This document shows, one piece after another, positions 1 to 12,699 of a stretch of 64,000 bases of DNA. The first letter of the stretch is position 1; the number at the start of each line of letters is the position of its first letter. The DNA is from Anthoceros angustus (Eukaryota; Plantae; Anthocerotophyta), in the NCBI GenBank assembly GCA_010909165.1, contig MU008223.1, positions 120,131 through 184,130 of the forward strand, in the 5' to 3' direction. The translations under genes and the position numbers were made by a program. Under the pieces are notes generated by a model, which searched no databases, was not told the DNA's origin, and worked only from the letters and a program-made list of their open reading frames with translations.

Positions 1-1168
1 GCATACATACCATGCTATGCATGGCGTATATGCATGCCATCTGCATCTCAAATCAAGTGGCTTATGCCAAATGGGATGCCAATAATCATCGTCGTTGTTT
101 CCCGGTCTTGTTTCAGTTCAGCCTACAAAGAATAAAGATGATTGTCATGAATGGTGCATTTTGCAGTCTGGCCGTTGGGCTCCGACCCGCAGATTCCCTT
201 CGTCTCAACAAGAAAATCGCCCCTGGCCTTTGGAAGGATCGTAAAGTTCTGGCCTTGGCCAAGGAACAAGGCAGGAGGAAAAAATAGCCTCGGAGGAATG
301 CCTCAAGGACTGGAGATGATCCGGTTGTTGGAGCATCACTTTCAAAATGATCAACAAGTGGGAGTGAAGAGGTATACCCAAACACACCTCTCGTCGAGTC
401 ACCTCCTCCCAGCCTTCTCTCCCGATCACCTCCTCTCAAGACAAAGCATTGATTTTAACGACCGTGTTTTTACAACACGGTCCGCTGCAAAGCCCAATTG
501 TACGTTGTAAATGTTTGAGACGACAGGATCGTGCCTCTCTTTTTTTACAACATACGACAACCTAATCTAATTTACAACGATCCATTGCAAGCCAGACATT
601 GTAAAGCGTTTAAGAGAGGCCAAGATAGGCCTCCCACGAATTACAACAGTTTACAACATGTACCGGTAAAAGCGACTTGTATGTTGTAAAATGTATGACA
701 AGGCCGGGATCAGCCTCTCGCACGCTTTACACCAAATTCACAACGAGTCTCATATACGGTCCATTGCAAAGCGATCTTGCACATTATACACTACTCGGTC
801 GGGCTTCCAGCCATTGACAAATTCTACATTGTAAGCGTAGTGCCATTGACAAATTCATGAGCCACCCGGCGGCAACAGAGAGAGACACAAGCCAGCCTCA
901 AGTCGCCACTTCCTTTCGTGCTCTCACATAAATCATAGCAAGAGTTAGGAACGTAGCGGAGCCGCAAAGAGACTCCACAACACCCCTCAAGTAAGAGAGA
1001 TGCACCACCTTCAAGCAAGAGACATGCACCACCTTCGAGAGACATGCTATCCTCCTCATGTGTCATTTAGTCACAAACAACTTCCACCAAAATTGGACCG
1101 TGAACTTTAACGTGATTTCTTGATGCGAAGCCATATGAACTAGGATCCATGAATACACTAAGAGTACC

Positions 1169-1238
<70 letters not shown>

Positions 1239-1339
1239 CTATCTGTCTATCTATCTATCTGTCATCTATCTATCTATCTGTCTATCTATCCATCATTCCT
1301 ATCTATCATCTATCTATCTATCATGTCTATCTATCTATC

Positions 1340-1431
<92 letters not shown>

Positions 1432-1683
1432 CTATCTATCTATCTATCTATCTATCTATCCATTCATCTATCTATCTGTCATCTATCTATCATCTATCTA
1501 TCTATCTATCATCTATCTATCTATCTATCTATTCATCTATCTATCTATTCATAGAATGAATAGATAGATAGATAGATAGATAGATGAATAGATAGATAGA
1601 TAGATGAATAGATAGATAGATAGATAGATAGATAGATGAATAGATGAATGAATATAGATAGATAGATAGATAGATAGATAGAT

Positions 1684-1734
<51 letters not shown>

Positions 1735-1984
1735 GAATAGATAGATAGATAGATAGATAGATGAATGAATAGATGAATGGTAGATAGATAGATGAATGAA
1801 TAGATAGATAGATAGATAGAATGATAGATAGATAGATAGATAGATGAATAGATAGAATAGATAGATAGATGAATGAATAGATAGATAGATAGATAGATAG
1901 ATAGATGATAGATGAATGAATAGATAGATAGATAGATAGATGAATGAATGATAGATAGATAGATAGAATGAAGATAGATGAATG

Positions 1985-2051
<67 letters not shown>

Positions 2052-2066
2052 ATGAATGATGAATGA

Positions 2067-2128
<62 letters not shown>

Positions 2129-2130
2129 GA

Positions 2131-2164
<34 letters not shown>

Positions 2165-2171
2165 GAATAGA
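1169..2171. repeat. Head-to-head tetranucleotide microsatellite (TCTA)n then (TAGA)n, with TCAT/TCTG variants
   Basis: About 380 bp of TCTA (1169-1552) followed by about 615 bp of TAGA (1556-2171). The LSIY-repeat ORFs are translation by-products. Confidence 0.97.
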
Positions 2172-2501
2172 GGTACTCCTTAGTGTATTCATGGATCCTA
2201 GTTACATATGGCTTCACGCATCAAGAAATCACGTTACGAGTTCGATTGTCAATTTTGGTGGAAGTTGTTTGTGACTAAATGACACATGAGGAGGGCCCAG
2301 ATGTCTCTGCACAGAAGGTGGTGCATGTCTCTTGCTTGAAGGTGGTGCATCTCTACTTGAGGTGTTGTGGAGTCTTGGTTGCGGCTCACTTCTGCGTTCC
2401 TAACTCTTGCTATGATTTATGTGAGGCACGAAGGAGTGCACTTGGGAGCGTGCTTGTGTCTCTCTCTGTTGCCGCGGTGGCTCACACCTTGGGGCACATG
2501 G

Positions 2502-2895
2502 CACTAAACACAATGTGAATTTGTCAATGGCAGGCCGGCCCATACGTATACAATGTGCAAGATCGCTTTGCAATGGACCTTGTATATGAGACTCGTTGTG
2601 AATTTGGTGTAAAACGTGCGGAGGCTGATCCGGCCTTGCATATTTTACAACATACAAGTGCGCTTTGTGAAACGTGTTGTAAACTACATTGTAAATTCGG
2701 GAGGCCTATCTTGGCCTCTCTTAAACGTTTACAATGTCTGAGTGGTTTGCAATGGATCGTGTTGTAAATTAGATTAGGGTTATGCGTATGTTGTAAAACA
2801 TGAGAGGCACGATCTGGCGTCTCAAACATTTTACAGTGTACAATTGGGCTTCCAGCGGACCGTGTTGTAAAACACGGTCCGTTATAAAACAATGT
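2502..2895 (+). mobile_element. Probable CACTA-type terminus with subterminal TTGTAA/TTACAA repeat cluster (mirrored at ~455-842)
   Basis: CACTA at 2502 (mirror GTAGTG at 837-842) is followed by many TGTTGTAAA/TTTTACAAC motifs in both orientations and a hairpin GGACCGTGTT-GTAA-AACACGGTCC (~2857-2880). The partner terminus was not identified. Confidence 0.4.
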
Positions 2896-3009
2896 CTTTA
2901 TCTTGAAGGCTGGGAGGTGACAATGGAGAGAAGGCGGGAGGAGGTGGTGATCGGACGGAGGTGTGTTTGGGTATACCTCTTCACTCCCACTTGTTGATCA
3001 TTTTGGAAA

Positions 3010-3279
3010 GTGATGCTCCAACAGGATCATCTCCAGGTCCTTGAGGCATTCCTCCGGCGAGGCTATTTTTGCCTCCCTCTGGCCTTGTTCCTTGGCCAAG
3101 GCCAGAACTTTACCCTTCCGGCCAAGGCCAAGATTTATTTTGTTGCCGCAGACGAAGGAATGCAGGTCGGAATCGCCAGCATGCGTGCGGCTATTGCGCT
3201 GACACACGTCGCTAGCCGTGAATGGATGAGCAAGACCGATGAAACAACGACCGGGATTGGCATATCCCATTTGGCATAA
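3010..3279 (+). pseudogene. Fragment of the recurrent retroelement accessory ORF (mirrored at ~70-370 on the minus strand)
   Basis: LEAFLRRGYFCLPLALFLGQGQNFTLPAKAKIYFVAADEGMQV...RAAIAL. Nucleotides ~3080-3210 are clearly homologous to ~3820-3950. Confidence 0.5.
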
Positions 3280-3593
3280 GCCACTTGATTTGGATGCAGA
3301 AGTGCATGTGATGGCATGTGCATCGCCCATAGATGGCATGCACATGGTATGTATGCATGACGGATGGATGACATGTGATGTATGTGGACATGATTGACGG
3401 ACGATGTGTCATGATGCATGCAATCTATATACATGGTTATGTATGTAAGGCGCGGTGGCATGACGCATATATAGGCAGCGGACCTATATTGAAAAATACA
3501 TAAAATCAGAAATCAAGGAAAATAATAGATGGTTGAACACATAAACATTATTATTTGTTCAAGGCCACAAAGTAGGATTATAATATACCTAAA

Positions 3594-6025
3594 GTGCCTA
3601 CCATCGAACGAGGAGGCACTTCATCGAGAACTCCGGGGTTTGCCTATATATGTGGGCGCCATGGATTCTTGGATTGTAGATGTTTGTCCGAATGGAAAGG
3701 CAGCCATACTGGCACACTGTTGTCTCATTTCTCTCTTGTGACTTTTGGGAACCGTGACTATCAAGTGGGAGCCTCGTGCAACCAACTTGATCTCACTGCT
3801 CGGAGGCTATTTGTGCCTCTTCGCTTGTTGGCCAAGGCTGAACTTTACATTCCTTCCGCCAAGGCCAAGGACGAATTTGTTGCCGCATTTAAGGAATGCA
3901 GGTCGAAGCCAAAGATGCGCCTATGCGGCCATTGCGCTGTGCACCATCATGTATGAGGCCTACATCCATCACAGGGAGAAGCTCCTTAGGCCGAATTCCG
4001 TGGATGAAGAGGGCCCAAGACCATGCTACCTCAGCACCTATTTGGTGCATTTATGGGAGACGGAGGGACTCCTGACCAGCAAGGAGCTTGAGGATGCGTG
4101 GCATCCTTTTGAAGTCATTCACCTCCAGCCAAGCTTAGAGAGGCCCCTACCCTTTGCATTGAGGAGGACCATGGGAGGACAAACTTCCACAAGCACACCA
4201 GGACCCAGGATCGAGGAATTGGCGGCAATAAGATTGCCGGAGTGGGAGGCCCTCCCCCCACAACAGCAAGAAGGAGGAGAAGAGCAAGATTTGGCCAAGG
4301 AGGGCCAAGTGGTAGTTTATGAGAGAAGAACTACGCCCAAGGGTGGGGAGTCCCACCATTGTTGAGTGCCAGGGGAGGCACCCCACCCGTGGGAGGCACC
4401 TAGATGGGAAGGCGGACTACCGTGGTAGGCGATCACCTGCAGTAGTGGGGCACTACATGATGAGTCGGCACCCACCGTGGCAGGGCAGCTCACGTGGGGA
4501 AGGGCAAGGAGAAGCAGCGCTGGCGCGGCGCCCGGCCGCCATCACCCGCATTAGGTGGGGAGAGCGGATGGGGCGATGAGGGGACCCGCCGCCATGCTGA
4601 TGCAGAGAAGAGTTGGAGATTTCCGGCAAGAGGGCGGTGGGTTTGGGGTTCTTGAGTGCTTGTGAAGCACTGTTGCAGACTTGAAGGGGCTAGGGAACTA
4701 GCGGCCTCCTTGTGGGCATGTCGGGAGGAAGTCAAGGCCTGTGAGGAGGTGACCGAGGAGAGCAGGACCAAATGGCGCTTGGAGGCCATGGAGTCCGTGA
4801 GAAGGCAGCCAAGTTGGAGAAGGTCAGAAGCTTCAGCGCGACCTTGTGGATCAACGTGGAGAAGGTCTGGAGGGAAGGTTGTCACAAGCAGGAGAGAGCC
4901 ATTCGGGCGACAACCCAAAGGGACTCTTCTTGAGGCAGAAGGCGGAGCATTTGCCCAATTAGAACAAGGCGGAAGGCAAAACGCGGAGGCTCTAGGGAGG
5001 AGAAGGTGGGTCCACCAAATGGACGCCGAGGCAAGTGTAGCTACCCAAGCCATCAAAATCCGGATATGGAGGAAGAATTGCGGAGGACCCGGATAACTTG
5101 GAGGAGAAGCAGAGCAAGAAAAGACCAGCAGTGCGGTGGAGTTGGGCCGAGAAGAATGCTGCAGCTGGCGGAAGGAGGGCTTGTGATTGCGGACCAGGCG
5201 AAGGAGGTCCCAAGAGGAGGAGCACCACAAGAAAGTGGTGCACAGGATGCTGGTGGTGAGGAAGTGAAGATTTTAAGGCATATGCCCTTCAAAAATTAGC
5301 GCCCACCATGGGAAGCAAGGGAGGAGAATGTGACCCTCCATGTGAAGGTGGGAGAATTGACCACCTCAAGGGATGCCTACAAGGGTAGGTGTGAAGATGG
5401 AGAATGGCCCATGGAATTGGACGATCTCCAAATGCAGTATCACAGTTTGGGCGCCCATCTTCACAACAGGATATTGAAGGCCAACAACGAGGTGTTGTGG
5501 TTGGCCAAGAGGAGGACAATAGGTCCTCATGATGATGACAGGAAGGAGTTGCAACAGGTGCAACCGGAGGCCTCAGACTTTGATGAGGCCGCGAGTGACA
5601 TGGACTCCGAGGAGTCTGAAGAATCAGAGGAAGGAGGAGAGGCCGCGGCGCCAAGAGTGGAAGATGGCGCGGAGAGCAAGGAGGGGGGACAGCCCGCCTC
5701 CCGGGGTCGACCACCACGGGAGATCAGCTCACCAGTCTCGACTACTGGTAGACCACACCACGCCAGAGTCCGCCAGACGTAGGGGGTGCAAGCGGGCGTG
5801 AGCCTGTTGGGGAGTCGGGCGAGGCCCGGGCCGAGGATGAAGGAGCCGGGGTCCGGTAGTATACCCCCTGGAGGAGCAGCTGAGGTGGTGGGAGAGACAA
5901 CCCCACCGGAGGAGACTAAGGACGGGTCCACCATTGAGGAAGGGGAGGGTGAAATTCTCACCTGGACAAGGGAAGAGCCAGGGCCAGGGGAGGAGTCTAG
6001 TGCGAAGAGAGCCCGAAAGGGTTAG
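3594..6025 (+). pseudogene. Frameshifted long retroelement accessory ORF: conserved N-terminal domain, then coiled-coil-like and acidic low-complexity regions
   Basis: ...AAIALCTIMYEAY...PCYLSTYLVHLWETEGLLT aligns by eye with DWGAIIFARINQEAR...SALSPFLIHVWGHLNLL at 43780-43890. Downstream frames are E/G-rich and acidic (SDFDEAASDMDSEESEESEE). Confidence 0.5.
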
Positions 6026-7276
6026 TGGCACCATCACCGGGGGAAGGAGAGGAGAAATAGGGGTTAGACTACCGGTAGAGTCGACTACCCAGTCTCGAGA
6101 CTACATGGTAGTGTGCCGAGGAAGGAGCGCGACTAGGCGAAGTGAGGTCAAGGAAAGGGCGCTGCTCATGGGAGAGTGGAGCGATTGCCGGAGGAAAGGG
6201 AATTGTGGCGCCGCTGGAGATGGAGGAAGGCAATCTACTTGCCCCACACATCGTGAAGACATGGATCCGGGGAAGGACAGAGCAAGGAGGGCTAGGGAGC
6301 CAACCTACAAGGAACACGCCACCCCAAGAAGATAAGGATTGTGAATGGTCAATGACCATAAATGAGCTTTGGGGAATGGGAAGGATAGTTGTAGAGACAT
6401 CCTTTAAGGATGATCTTAGGTGAAGTTACTAGAATAGAATTTACCAAGGATCCGCTGGCAGACTTAGATGCCAAGCATTAAATGTCAAGGTAGGAAATAA
6501 TAAAATATTGGAAAAGGTGACCAGAGGGTAGCTAAATTGGTCTACTTGAGATAACCTTAAAAACTAGTCCAATATTCTATTCTAAGTCTTGAACAATCAT
6601 CCTCAATCTCAACATAGGCCTCGATCCACGTCCTCTTCATACATAGTTGAGGAGCTCGAAAATAATATTAAAATATTAAATAATATTTTGCTAATTAAAA
6701 CTTTTCCATATTTTCTTAGCCTCAAGAATACTTCGATAGACATGGATCATATGTCCGGAAATTCTTCACAAGCATACATAACCCGTATCATGTGTATCTT
6801 AGTTTCACGGCAAACATAGGAGCATGGTGAGCGTGCCGCTCTCCCTTTCATATTAGTGATTATATAGATGAGCTTCATATCATCACCCTTGGGATATATG
6901 CGGGCTTCGAGAACCCTATGTTTCCTATGTCTTCCTTGGCGGAAAAGAAATCTAAAAATGGGCAAGTTTTTTAGCAAGAAAATAAGTTAGAACACCTTTT
7001 AGAATCACAAAAGGCATGTCTACCTTTTCATTTTCTCATTTTCTTCATTTTCAACTTCATTTTCCTTTTTCCCATAATTTTCCATACATAAATCTGCGAA
7101 AATAGTATCAGAAAATTCATCACAATTGATATTTTGGGTGGAAAATGGTCATTTGAAGATGCCCACAAAGCGGGCTTACAACTTGGTGTCTCTCCTTACA
7201 AAAGGCATCTTCATCTGCTCAAGGTGCCTCCCTTCACGAGGGGAATGCCTTGCTACACATCGCCTTACTTGAGATT

Positions 7277-7624
7277 TCAGCCTCGTCTCCATCGGCGAGC
7301 GAAGCCCTTCCATGAAGACTCTTCCAAGGCTTGAATCGAGAGAGAACAATCATTTTCAGCGATTTCTTCTCCACAAGAACCTTTAATCTTCCTCGATCTC
7401 TCATCGCACACTGGTGACGACATCTGCGATTGGAGCAGTGTTAGGCTTGGGATTGGCGCGGGCACTTCAACAAATTGAGACAAGACATGGGGGCGCATCT
7501 TTCTCCAATTTCCCGGCTTGAGTGAGTACTCCGCATCGCAGCACTCACACATCAATTGGACCTCCAGACCGCAGGACGACCACCTCTCCAAGGTGACTTC
7601 AACATCAACACGAGTGCGGACCAC
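7277..7624 (-). pseudogene. Possible hAT transposase N-terminal remnant (BED-like zinc finger and following helical motif)
   Basis: LMCECCDAEYSLKPGNWRKMRPHV resembles a BED finger, with the last His absent. EEIAENDCSLSIQALEESSWKGFAR resembles the hAT IA.MI..D..P...VE...F motif. No DDE core was seen. Confidence 0.4.
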
Positions 7625-8290
7625 TTCCTACCACCGGAAATCGTGGTGGGCTCTCAACAAAGGTTGGAATCCAGCGTGGCAGAGGATCACCCGCCTGAGG
7701 AGGCGTTCGCTCGAGGGCGATCCCTCCTGCGCCTCTCCTCCCAATTCTTCTTCCATGCAGCGTCATCCTTCGGCAGATCGCGCGTGCACCGGCAGGTGAT
7801 ATGTACATGGCGGCGCGCCCCCGCTGGACGCGCCCTCCGACGGATGCGCGCTTCTCGACCGGATCACGAGCCAGCCAAGGAGCTTTCTTTGGGGAGGAGC
7901 GACAGAGCGGGAGCGATGGATGGAAGCAGAATAAAACCGTATGGGGAGGGTACCAGATGACCCCCATGGGCATCTGGACAGGCATCATATGGCGGCTTTA
8001 CCATTTAATGGGTTTTCACTTTTACCTCTTTCAAGTTTTCCTTTAACTTTTACCTATGGTTTTACTAAGATTAACCTAGTTTAAGTTTTACTTTTATCTT
8101 TTACCTTGTTTAGGAATTTACCATTTCCTAATTAAGTTTTTGGTAATTAATTTTGATTACATTAAATTCTGCTTAAATGTAACTTAAGCCAGTTTTAATT
8201 GTTTTCTTAGTTAGCGGATAGCTTTCAAGTTTGTGGAGCTAACTAACCTTTTAGGCTTATTTTGAAGCTATTTCTTCACACCTAGTTCAT

Positions 8291-8584
8291 AGTGAGTGGG
8301 AGTGATGAAATATGACCTATTTAGGGCACTCTTCACTAGGGCACCTAAGACTATTAATTAATTTAGTTCTTAGGGCTTTAGGTAGTTTATTGAGTAGTTA
8401 GTTGTTACAACCACCTTGAGGTTAGAACTACTTATGGTTACAACCACCTTATGGTTATAACCACCTAGCCTATATAAAGGCTTTGTACTTTCTATTATAA
8501 TCAATGCATACAACTCTTTTGTGCAAAGCTTTCTACTATCTGCTTGCTATGTTTTGCTACCTAGAGCAGCTATGATTCTCATCA
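8291..8584 (+). mobile_element. Copia-type polypurine tract plus ~282 bp LTR (8303-8584), adjoining the CACTA transposase
   Basis: AGTGAGTGGGAG precedes TGATGA (8303). The end TCATCA (8579-8584) is a perfect 6-bp terminal inverted repeat. It contains a TATA-like CCTATATAAAGG and ~17-bp GTTACAACCACCTT repeats (8404-8468). Confidence 0.65.
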
Positions 8585-9470
8585 TGTTTGATATCATGCA
8601 CATTGGAAAGAACTTTAGTGAACGAATTATGAGGCACATTTGTGGGGAGTTTGAAACCCTTGCGAGTCATAGAGATCTCGAACTATCAAATACCAAGCAG
8701 GAATGGTGGCCCAAGGACAGGCCCCAACCTAAGCCCAAGCCCAAGGGTAGGGCTAGGGCCATACGGGCCATGGCAATGCCATGCCCCAAGCCAAGTATGG
8801 GCCTAGGCCTAGGCAATCAAGGAAAAGGAAGAGAGGACAAGATGATGCAGTTGATGAGTTGCAGCATCCGTATGCCCATTGGGTATGGGTCCAACTTGAA
8901 ACGTTGTTTTAAGAAAGGGACACGAGAGACAATTTCAGGCCTGAAGTCCCATGATCATCATCATTTGTTATGTGACATATGGCCAATTGCCTTGAGAGGT
9001 TGATACATCCACAAGTGCATAAGGCTATATGTGATCTCGCAGAACTAATGCGTTGGCTTACCGCAAAAGAAATTGTGAAGGATGAGATTCCTGCTATGAA
9101 GGTCAAAATTGCAGAGGTGATGTGCATTTTGGAGAGAGAGTTTCCTACAACATTTCTGACAAGGCAGGTCCATGCTGTTATTCATCTGGTGCAGGAGGTT
9201 GAATTATGTGGGCCCACTTGCTATCGTTGGATGTATTTTCTTGAACGACATATGAAAGTGCTAAAGAACCTTATGCGACAAAAGCTCGACCGAAGGAAGC
9301 ATGGCTTTAGGATATCTAGCACAAGAGACAATGTTTTACTCTTCGTAATTCTTTGAAATATCCATAATACCACTTGATGTGGACAATGAAAGAAGATGTT
9401 ACTCAAAGTGGGGAGTTGCTAGAAGGATATGGAAAGACAAAGCGTCTGTCAGATGTGGAAGTCTAACCTA
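8585..9470 (+). pseudogene. CACTA (En/Spm) TNP2/TnpD transposase C-terminal remnant (DUF4218-type region)
   Basis: FDIMHIGKN, IRMPIGYGSN, GLKSHDHHHLL, CILEREFPTTFLTRQVHAVIHLVQEVELCGP, RWMYFLERHMKVLKN and GELLEG motifs. Frameshifted at ~9000. Confidence 0.9.
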
Positions 9471-9690
9471 CTGAACATTGATTTCAAGCTTTCGTGTGTT
9501 GGTTGGGACTGGATCTGCTAGACAGTAGTCCCAAGTCCTTGCGCCTTGGCATTCTCACAGCTCCAAGATCAGCTGTTTTAGGTGGGAATAGAGTGGGATT
9601 GCCTTGAGCATTTCTTGATTTTCCGTCATTCAGCCGATTTGGGTAGGTCTGTAAGGCTGATCCAAGTTGAGACAGGGGGATTAGATTAGT

Positions 9691-10335
9691 TCAGTAATTT
9701 ACGTGCTCTTGGATTCCTCGATTGGGCATAAGCAACCTGATGTGCGTGAAAACATCATACATTACCATTCCCCAATCCGGAGTAGCCCCCCTAGACAACC
9801 CCCAAATGAAATACAACTGCGCATCACTAAGATATGTCTTCCGTTGAGCACTCACCAATCCAAGGAGAATCTTAGCAAACATTCTCCATTTCTCTTCCTT
9901 GAGTTCTTCAGTGCACCAACCACCTTTCCCTCTAGACTTATGCTCGCGTTGTAACATGTCCATAGCCTTCTCAAGCAGCTCATGACACTTCCTATTCTCC
10001 TTTTTCTCTTCTCCTTTCTCCTCAACCTTCCTTTCAAGCTCCATGATTGCAATCCCCTCTTGAGCCTCCTCATTTGGCCTTCCATATACCTGTCCAGCAC
10101 CCTGGATCAGTCCTTACATCCCTATTTTCCAGTTCCTCAAGTTCTTGCCGTGGCATAGTGAAGTTTATAAAGCATTCCTCTATCATCTCCAAGCTGACAT
10201 AGGCCCAGTGGCGGCCATACACCCATTGCAATTGTACGTTGGGCTCTCTAGCAAACCGTGTAAATGCCACCAAGTGCCTAGCCTCCACCTGTGCAGGGAA
10301 GCAATTGAATTCGGGCATCTGTACCTCTTCTCCTA
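9691..10335 (-). pseudogene. Accessory ORF of the Athila-type element (env-like position), frameshifted
   Basis: RDVRTDPGCWT, KGGWCTEELKEEKWRMFAKIL and FIWGLSRGATPDWGMVMY align with SLRKDPRRWT, SNGWLMSDLLDRRVRAVAKVI and FLHALQRGKRADWGAIIF at 43320-43900. Confidence 0.65.
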
Positions 10336-10338
10336 GTA

Positions 10339-10959
10339 CTAGATGACCCGAACTTTGTCTTGGTCTACCTCTATCCCTCGCGCTGATACCCGGTGCCCCA
10401 GCAGGATTCCCTTCGTCATTCCGAAGTAGCATTTCTCCGGGTGAAGACACAGCTGAGTCTCCCTGCATCGCTCCAAGCACTTTCGCAGGTGGCCAACGTG
10501 CTTGTCCTCCTCACCATGCACACAAAAGTCGTCTAGGAACACCTCCATGAAGTCCCTCAGGAAGTCCCGAAAAACGTTGGTCACCATCCGCATGAATGAC
10601 CCCGGCGCTCCCGTCATCCCGAAGGCGCTTCTCTTGTAGGAGAACGTCCCCCATTCCGTCGTGAACGTTGTCTTGTCCCAGCCCGACTCCCTCATGTGCA
10701 GTTGGTTGTATCCGGAGTATCCGTCTAGGAAAGAGTAAGTACTCCGGCCTGCCACCTTGTCCAGTATGTCATCCACGAAAGGCATGGGAAAATGGTCCTT
10801 CTCGGTGGCGGCATTGAGTTTCCTCCAATCCTGGCAGCCGCGAATCTGTCCGGGCTGCTTCTTGGGTACCACCACAATGGGTGCCACCCATTTGCTGTTT
10901 ACAATTGGGAAGATGATGTCTGCCTCCAAATATTTGTCCAGGACCTCCTTGACCTTCAA
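10339..10959 (-). pseudogene. Ty3/gypsy (Athila-like) reverse transcriptase core, open for 206 aa, C-terminally truncated
   Basis: SKWVAPIVVVPKK, DWRKLNAATEKDHFPMPFVDDIL, YSFLDGYSGYNQ, FGMTGAPGSF, EVFLDDF, LHPEKCYF, LLGHRVS. Confidence 0.97.
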
Positions 10960-11669
10960 CGAGTGTTTGGGATTGGTTTATCTTTGTCAATTTGACGGAA
11001 CGCGACTTGGTCTATCCGATGTTCTCCCCACTGTTTCGGAATACCCTTCATGTCCGTAACTTTGAAAGCAAATGTTGAACTCCCCAACAATGTGTAAGTT
11101 CCCGCCTCAACTCCGTTGGCATGCCTTTCCGGAACTTTAAGGACTTGTCGGGTCGTACCTCCACATCTTCCACATCGTCCGAATTGACTGCCTCCCTCTC
11201 CGTCGGAGCCTCACTACATCCAAACCCTTCATCCTCCATCCGTGGTTCATCTTCGCGCATTCCCCACTCCCGAAAAAGTTCGTCCGAGGTGAAACGGGTT
11301 ACTTCTTTGGGCTCGGCCACCTCGTCATCCGGAGGGCCCTCTTCTCTACTACCGTCTTCCTAGCTTGGCGCGGCGTCCACCCGGAAGCAATCGACGACCT
11401 CTGCTCCGAAAGCGTCCCTCCAATAGTCCATCTCCTCCTCAGACCACGAGATTTTGGGGAAAGGATAGGCTTCGTCCGTATCCTCCCGTTTGTCGTCCAT
11501 ACTGTCCTCGGCGGAGGTGTACCCCTCCGTGGTCCTCACGGTTTCCCCACAGTACGTGTCCTTGCTCCAGGTGATCCCACCGCCCTTCCCTTACCTTCGG
11601 ATCCCAGTCTACTAGTTTAAAATGGATCTCCTTCACCTTAAGTGTAGTTTCATTTGGGCGAGTCCAGAG

Positions 11670-11942
11670 CTAGGGCATCCTACAGACCTCGTACCCCAAA
11701 GGTCCTTGGGCTTGATGACCACAAAATCCAGCGTGTAGGGTGCTCACTATGTTTGCTTGGACTCGGACGGCTCCCAGGCGCAGCGCCTCGACATGTCCGT
11801 CATCCACGAGGGTTTTGGTGGAGGGCTCAAGCGTAGTGAACCCCAAGCGTGTCTTGCGTGGCCTCGTGATGAGATTGACCCCAGAACCCGTGTCCAGGGC
11901 ACGTTCTTGATTACACATCCGATTTCCACGAACTATCGGCAC
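11670..11942 (-). pseudogene. Gypsy aspartic protease remnant
   Basis: ALDTGSGVNLI catalytic motif followed by LGFTTLEPSTKTL...; frameshifted. Confidence 0.8.
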
Positions 11943-12699
11943 TCATGGGTCGTGTGGATACCACCTTACCTCCACCAGGTTGGTTTTCGAGGTGCCCGTC
12001 GTGGTTGTGTCTCTTGATGGCCCGTTGGACCTCCACGGTACTTTGGGTTATCTCTCAACAAGCGAAGCGACACTAGGTCTTTGTTGGTTCATCATCGTCC
12101 GCCACCTTGAATGGCGTGGGGACTCCTTAGTCACGCGTGTGTCATGCAACTCCCAAGGGTCCCCACTCCGCCTCGGCTGGGTGGACCACCTCCGGATCTG
12201 TCGGATTTCCTCCTTGAGCATCTCCGTTACCTCTCGAACCACATCCGTGGCCGGGGTGGTGCCTTGGGTGGGTCCGTGCTTCCCTTCCTGTCTCGGGAAA
12301 TTTCTCACCGATTCCTCGGAGCTGCCAGTTCAACTCCTTCCTTGGCTGGATCTTCCTCCCTTGCTTGAGTACCCTCCTCGTATCCGGTACTCTCTCGTTC
12401 TTCTTCCTTTTGGTGCCTTCTCTCCTTCCGCTCTCTTGGACGGATGACACCTCCGGTACCTCCATGGCCACCTTCTCCTCCTTTGGACCCATCGTTCCTT
12501 CCTCGCGTTCCGTTCGGATTCCTTGACGTCTCCTCCCTCCGCCGATTGCGCATCTTGATCTGCGATCGGCGCCTTGGGAATGGGGGTGTGGGTGGTCGTG
12601 GTTCCCGGCGGTGGCGTGGCGCACCGCCCTTGTGCGAGGGTTCGGACACAAGGTGCTACCCGCCATATGGCTGCCTCATACAATCTCCACCCAGCGCCG

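Larger units (their letters stand above)
1..3357. repeat. Large inverted repeat (fold-back palindrome), centre ~1553-1555; left arm runs off the window start
   Basis: Base 1 GCATACATACC is the reverse complement of 3347-3357. CCATGAATACACTAAGAGTACC (~1147-1168) mirrors GGTACTCCTTAGTGTATTCATGG (~2172-2194). The centre reads TCTATTCAT-AGA-ATGAATAGA (1544-1564). The arms differ by many small indels. Confidence 0.93.

Noticed and set aside
1149-2217. Long ORFs of LSIY/SIYL repeats (also 20330-21526, 398 aa)
   Set aside because: These are translations of (TCTA)n, which lacks stops in one strand's frames; they are not genes.
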